A DNA stretch of 11,875 nt, from the NCBI GenBank assembly GCA_037917675.1, contig JAVCBW010000044.1, positions 1-11,875 on the forward strand, written 5' to 3'. Of this stretch, positions 1 to 8,227 are shown in pieces (within the stretch, counting starts at the first letter, position 1; the number at the start of each line of letters is the position of its first letter). Position numbers and translations under genes: made by a program. The DNA is from Thermoproteota archaeon. Its GTDB lineage: Archaea; Korarchaeota; Korarchaeia; B14-G2. The notes below the pieces were generated by a model. It was not told the origin of the DNA, searched no databases, and was given only the letters and a program-made list of their open reading frames with translations.

Positions 1-219
1 AGCCCAACCTTCCTAGCTGTGTACCCGAGAGCTGTCGCTAGAGCTGCGGAAGCTGGATAGGCTAGCTTCCTCCAAGATCATATGTAAGTTGCCTGCCCCA
101 TAGCTGCAGGGGTTGTAGCATTCGGTATACAGGAGGCTCTATGGGAAGTGGGCTCCTTATGCTAGGAGCAAAATTGGGGGCTGTGTTTAGAGTCAGCTTC
201 TGGCTTAGCAGTAAGGGTA

Positions 220-942
220 TTATAGTCCTAGGTAGGCTTTTCTTATCCTCTCGCTTTCCTCTAGCTCCTCTCTGCTGCCTTCCATCACTATTCTGCCTTG
301 CTCGAGGACGTAGCCGTGGTCTGCTATCTGGAGTGCCATGTGGACGTTTTGCTCTACTAGCAGGACTGTGAGCTTTAGGTCGTCTCTGAGCTTCTCAATG
401 ACCTTAAATACGTCCAGGATTAGTTTGGGTGCGAGCCCTAGGCTAGGCTCATCCATGAGTAGGATTTTCGGAGAGGACATTAGAGCTCTGGCTATAGCTA
501 GCATCTGGCTTTCTCCTCCGCTTAGGGTGCCTGCTAGCTGGCTGCTTCTCTCCTTTAAGATGGGGAATAGCGTGTAGACTATCTCAAGGTTCTCCTCGAA
601 CTTCTCTTCAGCTCGCTTCGTGTAGGCTCCCAGCTCAAGTGTCTCGTAGACTGTGAGCTGAGGCCAGAGCCTCCTTCCCTCTGGGACCATTATTATACCC
701 ATCTCAGCTCTCTTGTGTGTTGGAGCTTTCACGATGCTCTTCTCCATGTACTTGATGTCGCCCTTCCAGGGGCTTAGGATCCCTGTAGTCACCCTTAGTG
801 TTGTTGTCTTACCTGCTCCATTGCTCCCTAAGACTACTGTTATCTCTCCTTCTCGTGCTCTGAGAGACACGTCCCATAGTGCCTGGGCCTCCCCGTAGCC
901 TGTATCCACGTTATTTAGCTCAAGTATCGCCAACATGACCAC
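220..942 (-). CDS. livF: Branched-chain amino acid ABC transporter ATP-binding protein (LivF family)
   Basis: 240 aa; Walker A GSNGAGKTT, VPEGRR motif, signature LSGGE, Walker B LLMDEPSLGLAP, VEQN, C-terminal AYLG; last gene of the liv operon. Confidence 0.95.
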   Translation of the reverse strand: MVMLAILELNNVDTGYGEAQALWDVSLRAREGEITVVLGSNGAGKTTTLRVTTGILSPWKGDIKYMEKSIVKAPTHKRAEMGIIMVPEGRRLWPQLTVYETLELGAYTKRAEEKFEENLEIVYTLFPILKERSSQLAGTLSGGESQMLAIARALMSSPKILLMDEPSLGLAPKLILDVFKVIEKLRDDLKLTVLLVEQNVHMALQIADHGYVLEQGRIVMEGSREELEESERIRKAYLGL

Positions 943-944
943 CT

Positions 945-1718
945 CTACCTGACTTTGACGAACTTCAGCGCTAGCTCTCTGTCGCCTAGATATGCCTCTA
1001 TGACCTTGATGTCATTAGCTATCTCTATAGGCTTGCCTTCAGCTATCTTCTCTCCATGGTGTAGGACTACTATCCTATCTGCTATGTTCATGACAGCATG
1101 CATCACATGCTCTACCATGATGACTGTAAGCTGCTTAGCCTCCTTAGTCTCCTTGATCACCTTCAAGCTCTCCTCAACCTCCCTGGGGTTCAGTCCTGCT
1201 AGCACCTCATCTAGTAGGAGGAGCTTTGGCTCAGCAGCTAGAGCTCTAGCTAGCTCAAGAATCCTCTTCTCATGTAGTGTAAGCTTGCTTGCCAGCTCGC
1301 TTGCCTTGCCATCTAGCCCAACTAGCTCAAGGGTCTCCATCGCCCTGCTTCTAGCCTCCCTCATTGAGACTTTGCCTGCAAGCCTGCCGAAGAGCACCCC
1401 TACCATCGTGTTCTCTAGTACAGTCATGTCATTGAATGGCTTGACTATCTGGTGGGTTCTAGCGATACCCATGCGTGTCACCTGGTGGGCAGGCTTCCCA
1501 GTGATGTCTGTGCCCTCGAAGTATACTCTTCCCTCCTCAGGCCTATATACGCCTGATATCACGTTGAATAGCGTCGTCTTCCCAGCTCCATTAGGCCCTA
1601 TAAGCCCTAGTATCTCTCCATCATGTACATCAATGCTCACGTTGTTTAGGGCTACCAGCCCACCAAACCTCTTAGTCACTCCTTCAACGCTCAGAATAGC
1701 CTCAGGCATCGGCCTCAC
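945..1718 (-). CDS. livG: Branched-chain amino acid ABC transporter ATP-binding protein (LivG family); the start may be the internal ATG (MPEAIL...)
   Basis: KRFGGLVAL, GPNGAGKTT, GIARTHQ, LLLDEVLAGLN, VEH, IEAYLG motifs; abuts livM and livF. Confidence 0.95.
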   Translation of the reverse strand: MRPMPEAILSVEGVTKRFGGLVALNNVSIDVHDGEILGLIGPNGAGKTTLFNVISGVYRPEEGRVYFEGTDITGKPAHQVTRMGIARTHQIVKPFNDMTVLENTMVGVLFGRLAGKVSMREARSRAMETLELVGLDGKASELASKLTLHEKRILELARALAAEPKLLLLDEVLAGLNPREVEESLKVIKETKEAKQLTVIMVEHVMHAVMNIADRIVVLHHGEKIAEGKPIEIANDIKVIEAYLGDRELALKFVKVR

Positions 1719-2735
1719 CTACTCAAGTACCTCTCTAAGCTTCACCCCCCTAAGCTCATACCTCCTGAGTATGCCTACTATCCCTTCTGGAGCGAAGAGT
1801 ATTATAAGCCCTACTATGATGCCTAGGATTATCAGGTTTACTCCAGGGTAGTGTACTAGGAGCATGTCATATAGCCAGTAGTATATTATGCCTCCGATTA
1901 TGGGCCCTGAGACGGTTCCTAATCCCCCTATGACCATCATGACTATCATGTCTACTGTATGTGCTAGGTCGAATGCCTCACGTGACACTCCACCGCCATT
2001 CAGGTAGAAGACTGCTCCAGCTAGAGCTGTGAAGAAGGCGCTGAGTGTGAAGGCAAGCGTCTTGTACTTTGCAGTCGGGATGCCCATGTCCTCAGCTGCA
2101 TCCTCATCCTCTTTTATCGCCAGAAGCCCCATGCCAAACCTAGACTTCCTCACTAGGTAGTTTGCTGCTAGGACAAGCACCATCACAGTGAACATGGCTG
2201 TGAAGGTCGATGTCTTTGACACAAGACACCTACTAGGAAGGATCACCTGGGCACCATAGAACTGCTCTGGGTTGATGTAGGGTACTGTCCCCATCACGAT
2301 ATAGAGTACTGCGAAGTCTAGGCCTATCGTGGCTATTGCAAAGAAGGCTCCTCTCAGCCTAAGCACAACAGACCCCACAGCTGCAGCAACGAGGGCAGCT
2401 ATGGCAGCTGCTATCAGTGATATAGCTATTATCCCAAAGCCTCCAGTCTTCTGTAAGCTGTTAGCCCAAGGCACATAGTATACTAGGAGAGCGTAAATGT
2501 ACGCGCCTATCCCAAGGAACACACAGTGGCCGAAGCTGACATACCCTGTAAACCCCATGATGAGGTTTAGTGAAGCAGCTATCGATATGAAGTACATGAA
2601 GATCGTCATGGTATCTAGTGTGCTCAAGTTGAGTGCTCGTGCTGTAGCTACAGCAGCTATCAGGAGCACAATCAGTAGGGGAGTAGGCCTGAGGATGCTG
2701 GCCTTCAGCTCGCTAGCTAAGCTCAGAGCTATCAC
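1719..2735 (-). CDS. livM: Branched-chain amino acid ABC transporter permease (LivM family)
   Basis: Hydrophobic 338 aa; NLIMGFTGYVSFGH, LRLRGAFFAIAT, AIKEDEDAAEDMGI, IGGLGTVSGP motifs; GTGA start/stop overlap with livH. Confidence 0.93.
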   Translation of the reverse strand: MIALSLASELKASILRPTPLLIVLLIAAVATARALNLSTLDTMTIFMYFISIAASLNLIMGFTGYVSFGHCVFLGIGAYIYALLVYYVPWANSLQKTGGFGIIAISLIAAAIAALVAAAVGSVVLRLRGAFFAIATIGLDFAVLYIVMGTVPYINPEQFYGAQVILPSRCLVSKTSTFTAMFTVMVLVLAANYLVRKSRFGMGLLAIKEDEDAAEDMGIPTAKYKTLAFTLSAFFTALAGAVFYLNGGGVSREAFDLAHTVDMIVMMVIGGLGTVSGPIIGGIIYYWLYDMLLVHYPGVNLIILGIIVGLIILFAPEGIVGILRRYELRGVKLREVLE

Positions 2736-3646
2736 CTCCCAAACAGCCCCTCAGGCTTAAACAGGAGCGCCACTACCAGTATTATGAAGACTGTCGAGAG
2801 AGCTAGTGGAGCGCTAGCGAGAGGGTTAAATACTGCTATCACTGTCTTGAATACCCCATATGCAAGCCCTATTATCAGCCCACCTATAAACGAGCCCATT
2901 ATGCTGCCGAGGCCACCTAGCACTACTATCACGAAGGAGAGTGGTGTGTAGAGTGCTGCTGTCCCTGGTATTATCGATGTCTCATGTAGGAGGATCAGGA
3001 ACCCTGATAGCATGGTTACAGCTATGGATATCATGGTTGTCTGCATCTTGATCTTCACTGGGTTGATACCGACGAGGGAAGCTGCCTGAGCATCCTGCAT
3101 GACAGCTCTGATAGCTCTCCCCAGCTTTGTCCTAGATAGTAGGATATGGAGTGCAGCTACCAGGCATACTGCGAGGATACATGCTAGAATCGAGTTTGTT
3201 CTCACAGTCAGATAGCCTGCTCTCAAACTAGACTTCGGGCCGAAGTGCCAGAGTCCAAGCCCCTTTGGCTCAGACCCAATGAAGTAGTAGTATGAGTTTG
3301 CTACAGCTACTGAGAAGGCAAACATTATCAGGAGCGTAGCCATCTCAACTCTTAGAGTCATGACCTCAATTTTACCAACTAGCTTATGTAGCATCCCCCA
3401 GTATATCGCTGCCCCTACAGCTAGGCCTGAAGCCAGCACCACTATGAGAGCAATATAAGGTGATAGCTTCAGGATGCTGTAAAGCCCTATCATCATGTAA
3501 GAGCCTAGCAAAGCTACTTCTCCATGAGCTACGTTAACGACCTTCATAACACCCCAGATCAGAGTAAGCCCAGCTGAGATAGCTCCTAGGACAACACCCC
3601 ACAGGAGCCCATGCACTGTGTTAATCACAAGTGAAGTCAGGCTCAT
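2732..3646 (-). CDS. livH: Branched-chain amino acid ABC transporter permease (LivH family); start moved from 3688 to ATG 3646
   Basis: GLTLIWGVMKVVNVAHG, GRAIRAVMQD...LVGIN, VVLGGLGS, KPEGLFG motifs. ATG 3646 follows a GGTGGT SD-like sequence and avoids overlap with livK. Confidence 0.93.
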   Translation of the reverse strand: MSLTSLVINTVHGLLWGVVLGAISAGLTLIWGVMKVVNVAHGEVALLGSYMMIGLYSILKLSPYIALIVVLASGLAVGAAIYWGMLHKLVGKIEVMTLRVEMATLLIMFAFSVAVANSYYYFIGSEPKGLGLWHFGPKSSLRAGYLTVRTNSILACILAVCLVAALHILLSRTKLGRAIRAVMQDAQAASLVGINPVKIKMQTTMISIAVTMLSGFLILLHETSIIPGTAALYTPLSFVIVVLGGLGSIMGSFIGGLIIGLAYGVFKTVIAVFNPLASAPLALSTVFIILVVALLFKPEGLFGR

Positions 3647-3656
3647 GTAAACCACC

Positions 3657-3675
3657 AAAAAATAGAGGGTTGAGG
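3657..3675 (-). terminator. Probable partial (read-through) U-tract terminator between livK and livH
   Basis: Minus strand reads TAG-CCTCAACCCTCTATTTTTT-GGTGG after the livK stop. Pyrimidine/U6 tracts act as archaeal terminators and are common after binding-protein genes. Confidence 0.45.
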
Positions 3676-5037
3676 CTACCTCTTCCACCAGTTTGGTGCT
3701 GGATACACTGGCTTAGCTGTTGCAGCGCTCTCAGGCCATACCAGCTCCTTCTTCCCATTCTGCCATTGGATGACTACCATTGGGTGTCCTACCCCCTTCC
3801 CTGTCTCGGGGTCGATCCACCATGGGCCGAAGCAGGTCATGAGCTTCATGCCATTCATAGCTGCCCTGACTGCATCCTGATCTAGGCTTCCAGCCTTCTC
3901 TATCGCCCTAGCTAGGCAGAGGACTGCTGCAGCTGCCTCGGTGGCATGGTAGTCTGGCTCAACTCCACCTGAGATCTCCTTAACCATCGCTATGAACTCC
4001 TCGTTTGTGGGGCCATACCACTCGAGCCCTAGCTTCTTAGCTGCTTCAGGTGAGTACTTGACTCCAATCTCCCACTGAGCTGGAGCCATCACACCATTGG
4101 CAGCATCCTTCAGCTCCTCATAGAACTCTGGCAGTGTTGGTGCAACCAGAACAGCTATGGCCTTTAGCTTCCAACCCATCTCCCAAGATTGCCTCGTCAG
4201 AGCTGTGCTGTCAGCGAAGTGTCCTCCTCCAAGCAGGACGTTTGCTCCAGCTGCCATCGCCTCTGAGATAGGTGAGCCGAACTCTGTGACACCCACCTCA
4301 TACCTGAACTCATAGACCACCTTAAGACCCATCTCAGCTGCAGCCTCCTTAGCCCCCTTCATGACAGAAGCTGGGAATGGAGCATTCTCATATATGAGAG
4401 CTATCTTTATCTCAGGATCTTTCATAGCAGCTAGCAGCTCGACTACAGACCTCATGTAGTATGATGCAGGGCTCAGTGCACCGACGAAGTACTTGTAGCC
4501 CTGCTCGTATATGGTGTCGCTTGCTCCACCATGGCTTACCGCAATAACCTTGTGGGCTTCAGCTACAGGAGCAGCTGCCTTAGTAAGCAGTGAGGAGTAT
4601 GGTGCTAACAGGAAATCTACCTTGTCCTCTTCGATCAGCTTGCTGTATAGCTCTGGAACCCTCTCAGGCTTGCTTTCATCATCATAATACTTGTACTCTA
4701 GCTTGTAGGTTCTGTCACCGACCTTTATGCCACCATGCTCATTAATCCACTTGACTGCAGCTAGTATCCCCCAGAGAGCCTGCTTACCCTCATGCTCAAA
4801 CTTTCCTTTCAGTGATAGCGTGCCACCAAAGACTATAGTCTCCTTAACTGGAGTAGGCGAGGGAGTAGGGGTTGGAGTAGGAGTAGGAGTAGGAGTAGGA
4901 GTTGGAGTAGGAGTAGGAGTTGGAGTAGCAGTTGGTACTTGGCCTATGCAGCCAGCTAACATTATTGCTATCAGGATAGTTGAAGCTATCACTACATGTC
5001 TGATGCCTTTTCTCATCACATACAACACCCTTGACAT
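3676..5037 (-). CDS. livK: Amino acid ABC transporter substrate-binding lipoprotein (LivK/LivJ type-1 PBP fold); alternative start ATG 5016 (MRKGIRH...)
   Basis: Basic N-terminus, hydrophobic stretch and lipobox LAGC, then a Pro-Thr linker, then PBP1 motifs (GGTLSLKG, INEHGGI, YYDDES, LLAPYSS, VIQWQNG); first gene of the liv operon. Confidence 0.9.
   Translation of the reverse strand: MSRVLYVMRKGIRHVVIASTILIAIMLAGCIGQVPTATPTPTPTPTPTPTPTPTPTPTPSPTPVKETIVFGGTLSLKGKFEHEGKQALWGILAAVKWINEHGGIKVGDRTYKLEYKYYDDESKPERVPELYSKLIEEDKVDFLLAPYSSLLTKAAAPVAEAHKVIAVSHGGASDTIYEQGYKYFVGALSPASYYMRSVVELLAAMKDPEIKIALIYENAPFPASVMKGAKEAAAEMGLKVVYEFRYEVGVTEFGSPISEAMAAGANVLLGGGHFADSTALTRQSWEMGWKLKAIAVLVAPTLPEFYEELKDAANGVMAPAQWEIGVKYSPEAAKKLGLEWYGPTNEEFIAMVKEISGGVEPDYHATEAAAAVLCLARAIEKAGSLDQDAVRAAMNGMKLMTCFGPWWIDPETGKGVGHPMVVIQWQNGKKELVWPESAATAKPVYPAPNWWKR
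4849..4935 (-). repeat. Coding hexamer tandem repeat (ACTCCT/ACTCCA)n encoding a (Pro-Thr)n linker
   Basis: About 14 near-identical GGAGTA/GGAGTT units on the + strand; translates as PTATPTPTPT...PSPTP in LivK. Confidence 0.95.
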
Positions 5038-5060
5038 CCTCCATATAGGCGTCTAGAACA

Positions 5061-5077
5061 CTTTTTTTAAGCTTTTC
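5061..5077 (-). promoter_or_regulatory. Candidate BRE/TATA promoter of the liv operon
   Basis: Minus strand GAAAAG-CTTAAAAAAAG about 25-40 nt upstream of ATG 5037. Confidence 0.5.
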
Positions 5078-5114
5078 TACGTCAAAGACCGAAGAAGGCT
5101 TTTTTTGTAGGTTG

Positions 5115-5131
5115 TGTTAAAATTCTTAACA
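5115..5131. promoter_or_regulatory. Candidate operator palindrome upstream of the liv promoter
   Basis: TGTTAA-AATTC-TTAACA (6-5-6 inverted repeat) about 40 bp upstream of the putative BRE/TATA. Confidence 0.4.
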
Positions 5132-5406
5132 TTCATAGCGAGGCCCTGGACATGCCCATAACACGCATATTTGCAGAGGCTGCAGCTGAGTGTGTCCTGT
5201 AGGAGCTTCAGCAAGGGGAGGGTGAGAAGCTTCTAGCTATCATGGTGGCTGTGTACAGGATGTATGGCCTCTAGCTCCAGAGCTTGAGAGGCTACCATGC
5301 TTACCACATTCGTTATTTGCCGTAGGGTTCCTTGAAGCATGCTAGTAGAGCTCTGAGCCGGCGAGCATGAGCCTGCTGAGAGCTGAGAAGCTGCTTGCTA
5401 TGTGCT

Positions 5407-5422
5407 GCAGGTGAGCACCTGC
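5407..5422 (-). terminator. GC-rich inverted repeat at the end of the SsuABC-like operon (possible terminator or mRNA stability hairpin)
   Basis: GCAGGTG-AG-CACCTGC touches the ATPase stop codon; no clear U-tract follows. Confidence 0.3.
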
Positions 5423-6171
5423 TACCACCATCTTATGAGCTCTGTTATCTCCTTTCTTATCTCGATGAACTCGCTGCTTGTCACGTCTCTAGGCCTTGGG
5501 AGTGGCACCTTAACTTCAGCCTTGACCTTAGCTGGGATGCTTGAGAGGACGACCACCCTGTCTGCGAGGTAGACTGCCTCCTCTATGTAGTGTGTGACGA
5601 AGATGACTGTCTTCTTGAGCTTGCTCCAGACTCTCAGCAGCTCTCTCTCCATGTAGTATCTGGTCTGTATGTCTAGGGCTCCGAATGGCTCATCCATCAG
5701 CAGCAGATCAGGGTCTGTTGCTAACGCTTGAGCTAAAGCAGCCTTCTGCTTCATTCCACCTGATATCTGGTGTGGGTAGTAGTTTTCGAAGCCTTCTAGG
5801 CCAACTAGCTCTATAGCCCACTTGACCCTTTCCTCAACTTCCTCTCTAGTAAGCTTCCATCCTAGAGAGGCTATCTTAGCTTCTAGCCCAAACCTCACAT
5901 TCCCCCAGACAGTCCTCCAGGGGAGGTAGGATGGCTCCTGGAAGACAAACCCAATATTATGCCTCCTATAGTCTACTGGCTCCCCTGCTAGCAGGATTTC
6001 ACCTGAGTCTGGCTTGAGGAGCCCTGCGATGATCTTCATGAGAGTGGTCTTCCCGCAGCCTGTAGGCCCACATATAGCGACAAACTCGCTGCTATCAACA
6101 TTGAATGACACATGCTCTAGGACGAGAAGCTCTCCAAAGCTCTTAACTACACTCCTTACCTTGACATCCAC
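5422..6171 (-). CDS. ssuB: NitT/TauT family (SsuB/TauB-like) ABC transporter ATP-binding protein
   Basis: GPTGCGKTT, VFQEPSYLPWRTV, YPHQISGGMKQK, LLMDEPFGALD, FVTHYIEEAVYLADR, VPLPRPR motifs. Confidence 0.88.
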   Translation of the reverse strand: MDVKVRSVVKSFGELLVLEHVSFNVDSSEFVAICGPTGCGKTTLMKIIAGLLKPDSGEILLAGEPVDYRRHNIGFVFQEPSYLPWRTVWGNVRFGLEAKIASLGWKLTREEVEERVKWAIELVGLEGFENYYPHQISGGMKQKAALAQALATDPDLLLMDEPFGALDIQTRYYMERELLRVWSKLKKTVIFVTHYIEEAVYLADRVVVLSSIPAKVKAEVKVPLPRPRDVTSSEFIEIRKEITELIRWW

Positions 6172-6968
6172 TACACGACAACCTCCCTACGCCACTTAAA
6201 CAGCCTCCTTTCAGCTGCGAGGAATAGCTCATTCATCAGCAGCCCAATTACCCCTATGATGACCATCCCACACAGGACCTCTGGGATCCTGAGGAGCTCA
6301 GCATACTTTAGTATCAGGCTCCCTAAGCCCACCATCTCTCCACCTATCATCTCAGCTGCTACAATACACATCCAGCCTACCCCTAAGCCTATCCTCATGC
6401 CAGCTAAGACCTCAGGCATGATTGATGGTATAACTACCTTAGCTATGATGAACTTCCTGTCTCCTCCAAAGACCTTAGCTAGCTCAACATGCACCTGGCT
6501 TACTCTATGTATGCTTGCCAGTGTGTTTATGAATATCGGGAAGAAGGCTCCAAGCCATATGAGGAACATGTATCTCGAGAAGCCTCTAAGCAAGACTATA
6601 GCCAGGGGGATCCATGCTATTGGAGGTATAAACCTAACTGGCTCTATTATGCTCCTGGTAGACTCGTATGCTGGCCTATAGAGCCCCATGGCCAATCCGA
6701 GAGGGACCCCTGTAATGCAAGCGAAGAGGAACCCTGAGATCACCCTGAGTAAGCTCACCCCTACGTGTAGCCCTAGGGAGTACCCCTCTATGTCCCCCTC
6801 TAGAGCTAGCTTGCAGAAAGCTTTCAGGACTTCTAGTGGCTTCGGGTAAAATGGGGACCTGACTAGCATGGTGCTAGCATGCCACACTATAGTGAAGGCC
6901 AGTAGTGTAGCTGTGTTTGCTGCTATAGACCTGAGAGCTCTCAAGAGTACACCTACCTCACCAGCCAC
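6171..6968 (-). CDS. ssuC: NitT/TauT family (SsuC/TauC-like) ABC transporter permease
   Basis: SLLRVISGF, IPPIAWIPL, FFPIFINT, EAA-like loop (ELAKVFGG), GWMCIVAAEM and GLG motifs; coupled to both neighbours. Confidence 0.88.
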   Translation of the reverse strand: MAGEVGVLLRALRSIAANTATLLAFTIVWHASTMLVRSPFYPKPLEVLKAFCKLALEGDIEGYSLGLHVGVSLLRVISGFLFACITGVPLGLAMGLYRPAYESTRSIIEPVRFIPPIAWIPLAIVLLRGFSRYMFLIWLGAFFPIFINTLASIHRVSQVHVELAKVFGGDRKFIIAKVVIPSIMPEVLAGMRIGLGVGWMCIVAAEMIGGEMVGLGSLILKYAELLRIPEVLCGMVIIGVIGLLMNELFLAAERRLFKWRREVVV

Positions 6969-7969
6969 CTGAGCTCAAGCCTAAGGCTCTCTACGGCTTT
7001 CTCTATGAAGCTCTGGTCAACTGCCTCACTCAGGAACTCATCTAAGTCACCTACCTCTTCTGGGGTGAGGTCTCCTGCCTCTATGAGGCCTCTTAGCATT
7101 ATCTTCATGCTGTTGATGTCAAGGTATGGTGGGTATGGGTGCTTGACTATCCTATGAGCCATCTTGATGAGCTCTATATCTAGACCTGAGTACTTAGCTA
7201 TGATCTCCTCAGCTTCCTCAGGGTGCTCGCTCACCCACTTCATGGCTTTAACATGCCACCTGACTATCTTCAAGACGAGCTCAGGCCTCTCCCTCACCCA
7301 GTCTCCTCTGACAGCTATGATGCAGCACTGGTGGCCTGGTAGTAGGTCTCTCGAAGTCAGGAGGATGTGTGCTCCTCTTATCTTCATGTAGACTGCTCTT
7401 GAGGCATGTGGCTCCCATGCTATATACCCATCTATCTCACCCTTCTCAAAGAGCTTTATGAGCTCAGTGACCTTGTAATGTCTCCTTTCAAGCTTCACAC
7501 CCCACTTCTCCTCAACTACATTCAGCATGTAGTTCTGTATTGTACCTATGCCAGGTGTCCCTATCCTCCTGCCATCCAGGTCTCTGACGCCTTTTATGTC
7601 AGCTGAGACAACTAGAGCTGAGCCTTCAGTGTTCGATGAGGCTACAGCAACTATGTCAACACCCTTAGCTCTAGCTCTAAGGAATGGGACAGCTCCAACA
7701 TATGCTACATCAAGCTCTCCAGCAGCGAAGTGCAGCATCTCCTCTGGGCCATGCGCATACTCGAGGTGTACAGCCTTAAGCCCCTCTTCCCTAATGTACC
7801 CAAGTTCCTCAGCTACACACCACCCAGGCTGATGGAGCTCATCAGCTAGCAGGTGCCCTACCCTGAGCTCCACAACCTCAGCTCTGCGTGCATGCCAAGC
7901 TAAGGCGGCAGCAGCTAGGGCAGCAGCTAAAGCTGCTAGAGCCAGCTGCTTCCTCAAGTAGCCTCCCAC
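6953..7969 (-). CDS. ssuA: NitT/TauT family (SsuA/NrtA/CmpA-like type-2 PBP) substrate-binding protein; probable start TTG 7957
   Basis: Ala-rich N-terminal anchor, GELDVAYVG, EGSALVV, DLDGRRIGTPGIGTIQ, DGYIAWEP, GHQCC motifs; GGAGG lies just upstream of TTG 7957. The substrate cannot be determined from sequence alone. Confidence 0.8.
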   Translation of the reverse strand: MGGYLRKQLALAALAAALAAAALAWHARRAEVVELRVGHLLADELHQPGWCVAEELGYIREEGLKAVHLEYAHGPEEMLHFAAGELDVAYVGAVPFLRARAKGVDIVAVASSNTEGSALVVSADIKGVRDLDGRRIGTPGIGTIQNYMLNVVEEKWGVKLERRHYKVTELIKLFEKGEIDGYIAWEPHASRAVYMKIRGAHILLTSRDLLPGHQCCIIAVRGDWVRERPELVLKIVRWHVKAMKWVSEHPEEAEEIIAKYSGLDIELIKMAHRIVKHPYPPYLDINSMKIMLRGLIEAGDLTPEEVGDLDEFLSEAVDQSFIEKAVESLRLELRWLVR

Positions 7970-7985
7970 ACGTGTTCCACCCTAA

Positions 7986-7995
7986 GCTTATAACT
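7986..7995 (-). promoter_or_regulatory. Candidate TATA box of the SsuABC-like operon
   Basis: TTATAA at 7988-7993, about 30 nt upstream of TTG 7957. Confidence 0.45.
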
Positions 7996-8181
7996 GTGAC
8001 GTGCAATTACACGACTGTACAAAATCTCCAGAAGAAGATTTGGGGGGTCAGCCCAATTGTACAATACCACGCTATGGGGAGAAGCTTCTCCTGGACTCTA
8101 CAGCTATCACTGAGATTAGATCACAGCTATAATCTCGTTCTCCATGCATATCCTATGGCAGAAAGCCTGGGATCACTTGAT

Positions 8182-8197
8182 GAAAAGCCTAATATAC
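8182..8197 (+). promoter_or_regulatory. Candidate BRE/TATA promoter of the HTH regulator
   Basis: GAAAAGCC-TAATATAC about 30 nt upstream of in-frame TTG 8228. Confidence 0.5.
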
Positions 8198-8227
8198 ATG
8201 GGGGGGCAACTGTATTCTGGGGCATGC

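Noticed and set aside
1-219. Possible gene end or membrane-protein relic at the left edge
   Set aside because: Only short stop-interrupted frames (e.g. SPTFLAVYPRAVARAAEAG*, AAGVVAFGIQEALWEVGSLC*); cannot be assigned without upstream context.
5152-5326. Pyrrolysine read-through of in-frame TAG codons
   Set aside because: TAG is very frequent in this CTAG-rich DNA; there is no homology and no pyl genes in the window.
141-7832. Plus-strand ORFs opposite the ABC genes (e.g. 955-1851, 4727-5056, 6256-6681) and minus-strand 4844-5044
   Set aside because: Antisense or alternate-frame shadows of well-supported genes. The GV and SY repeats are just other frames of the Pro-Thr repeat.
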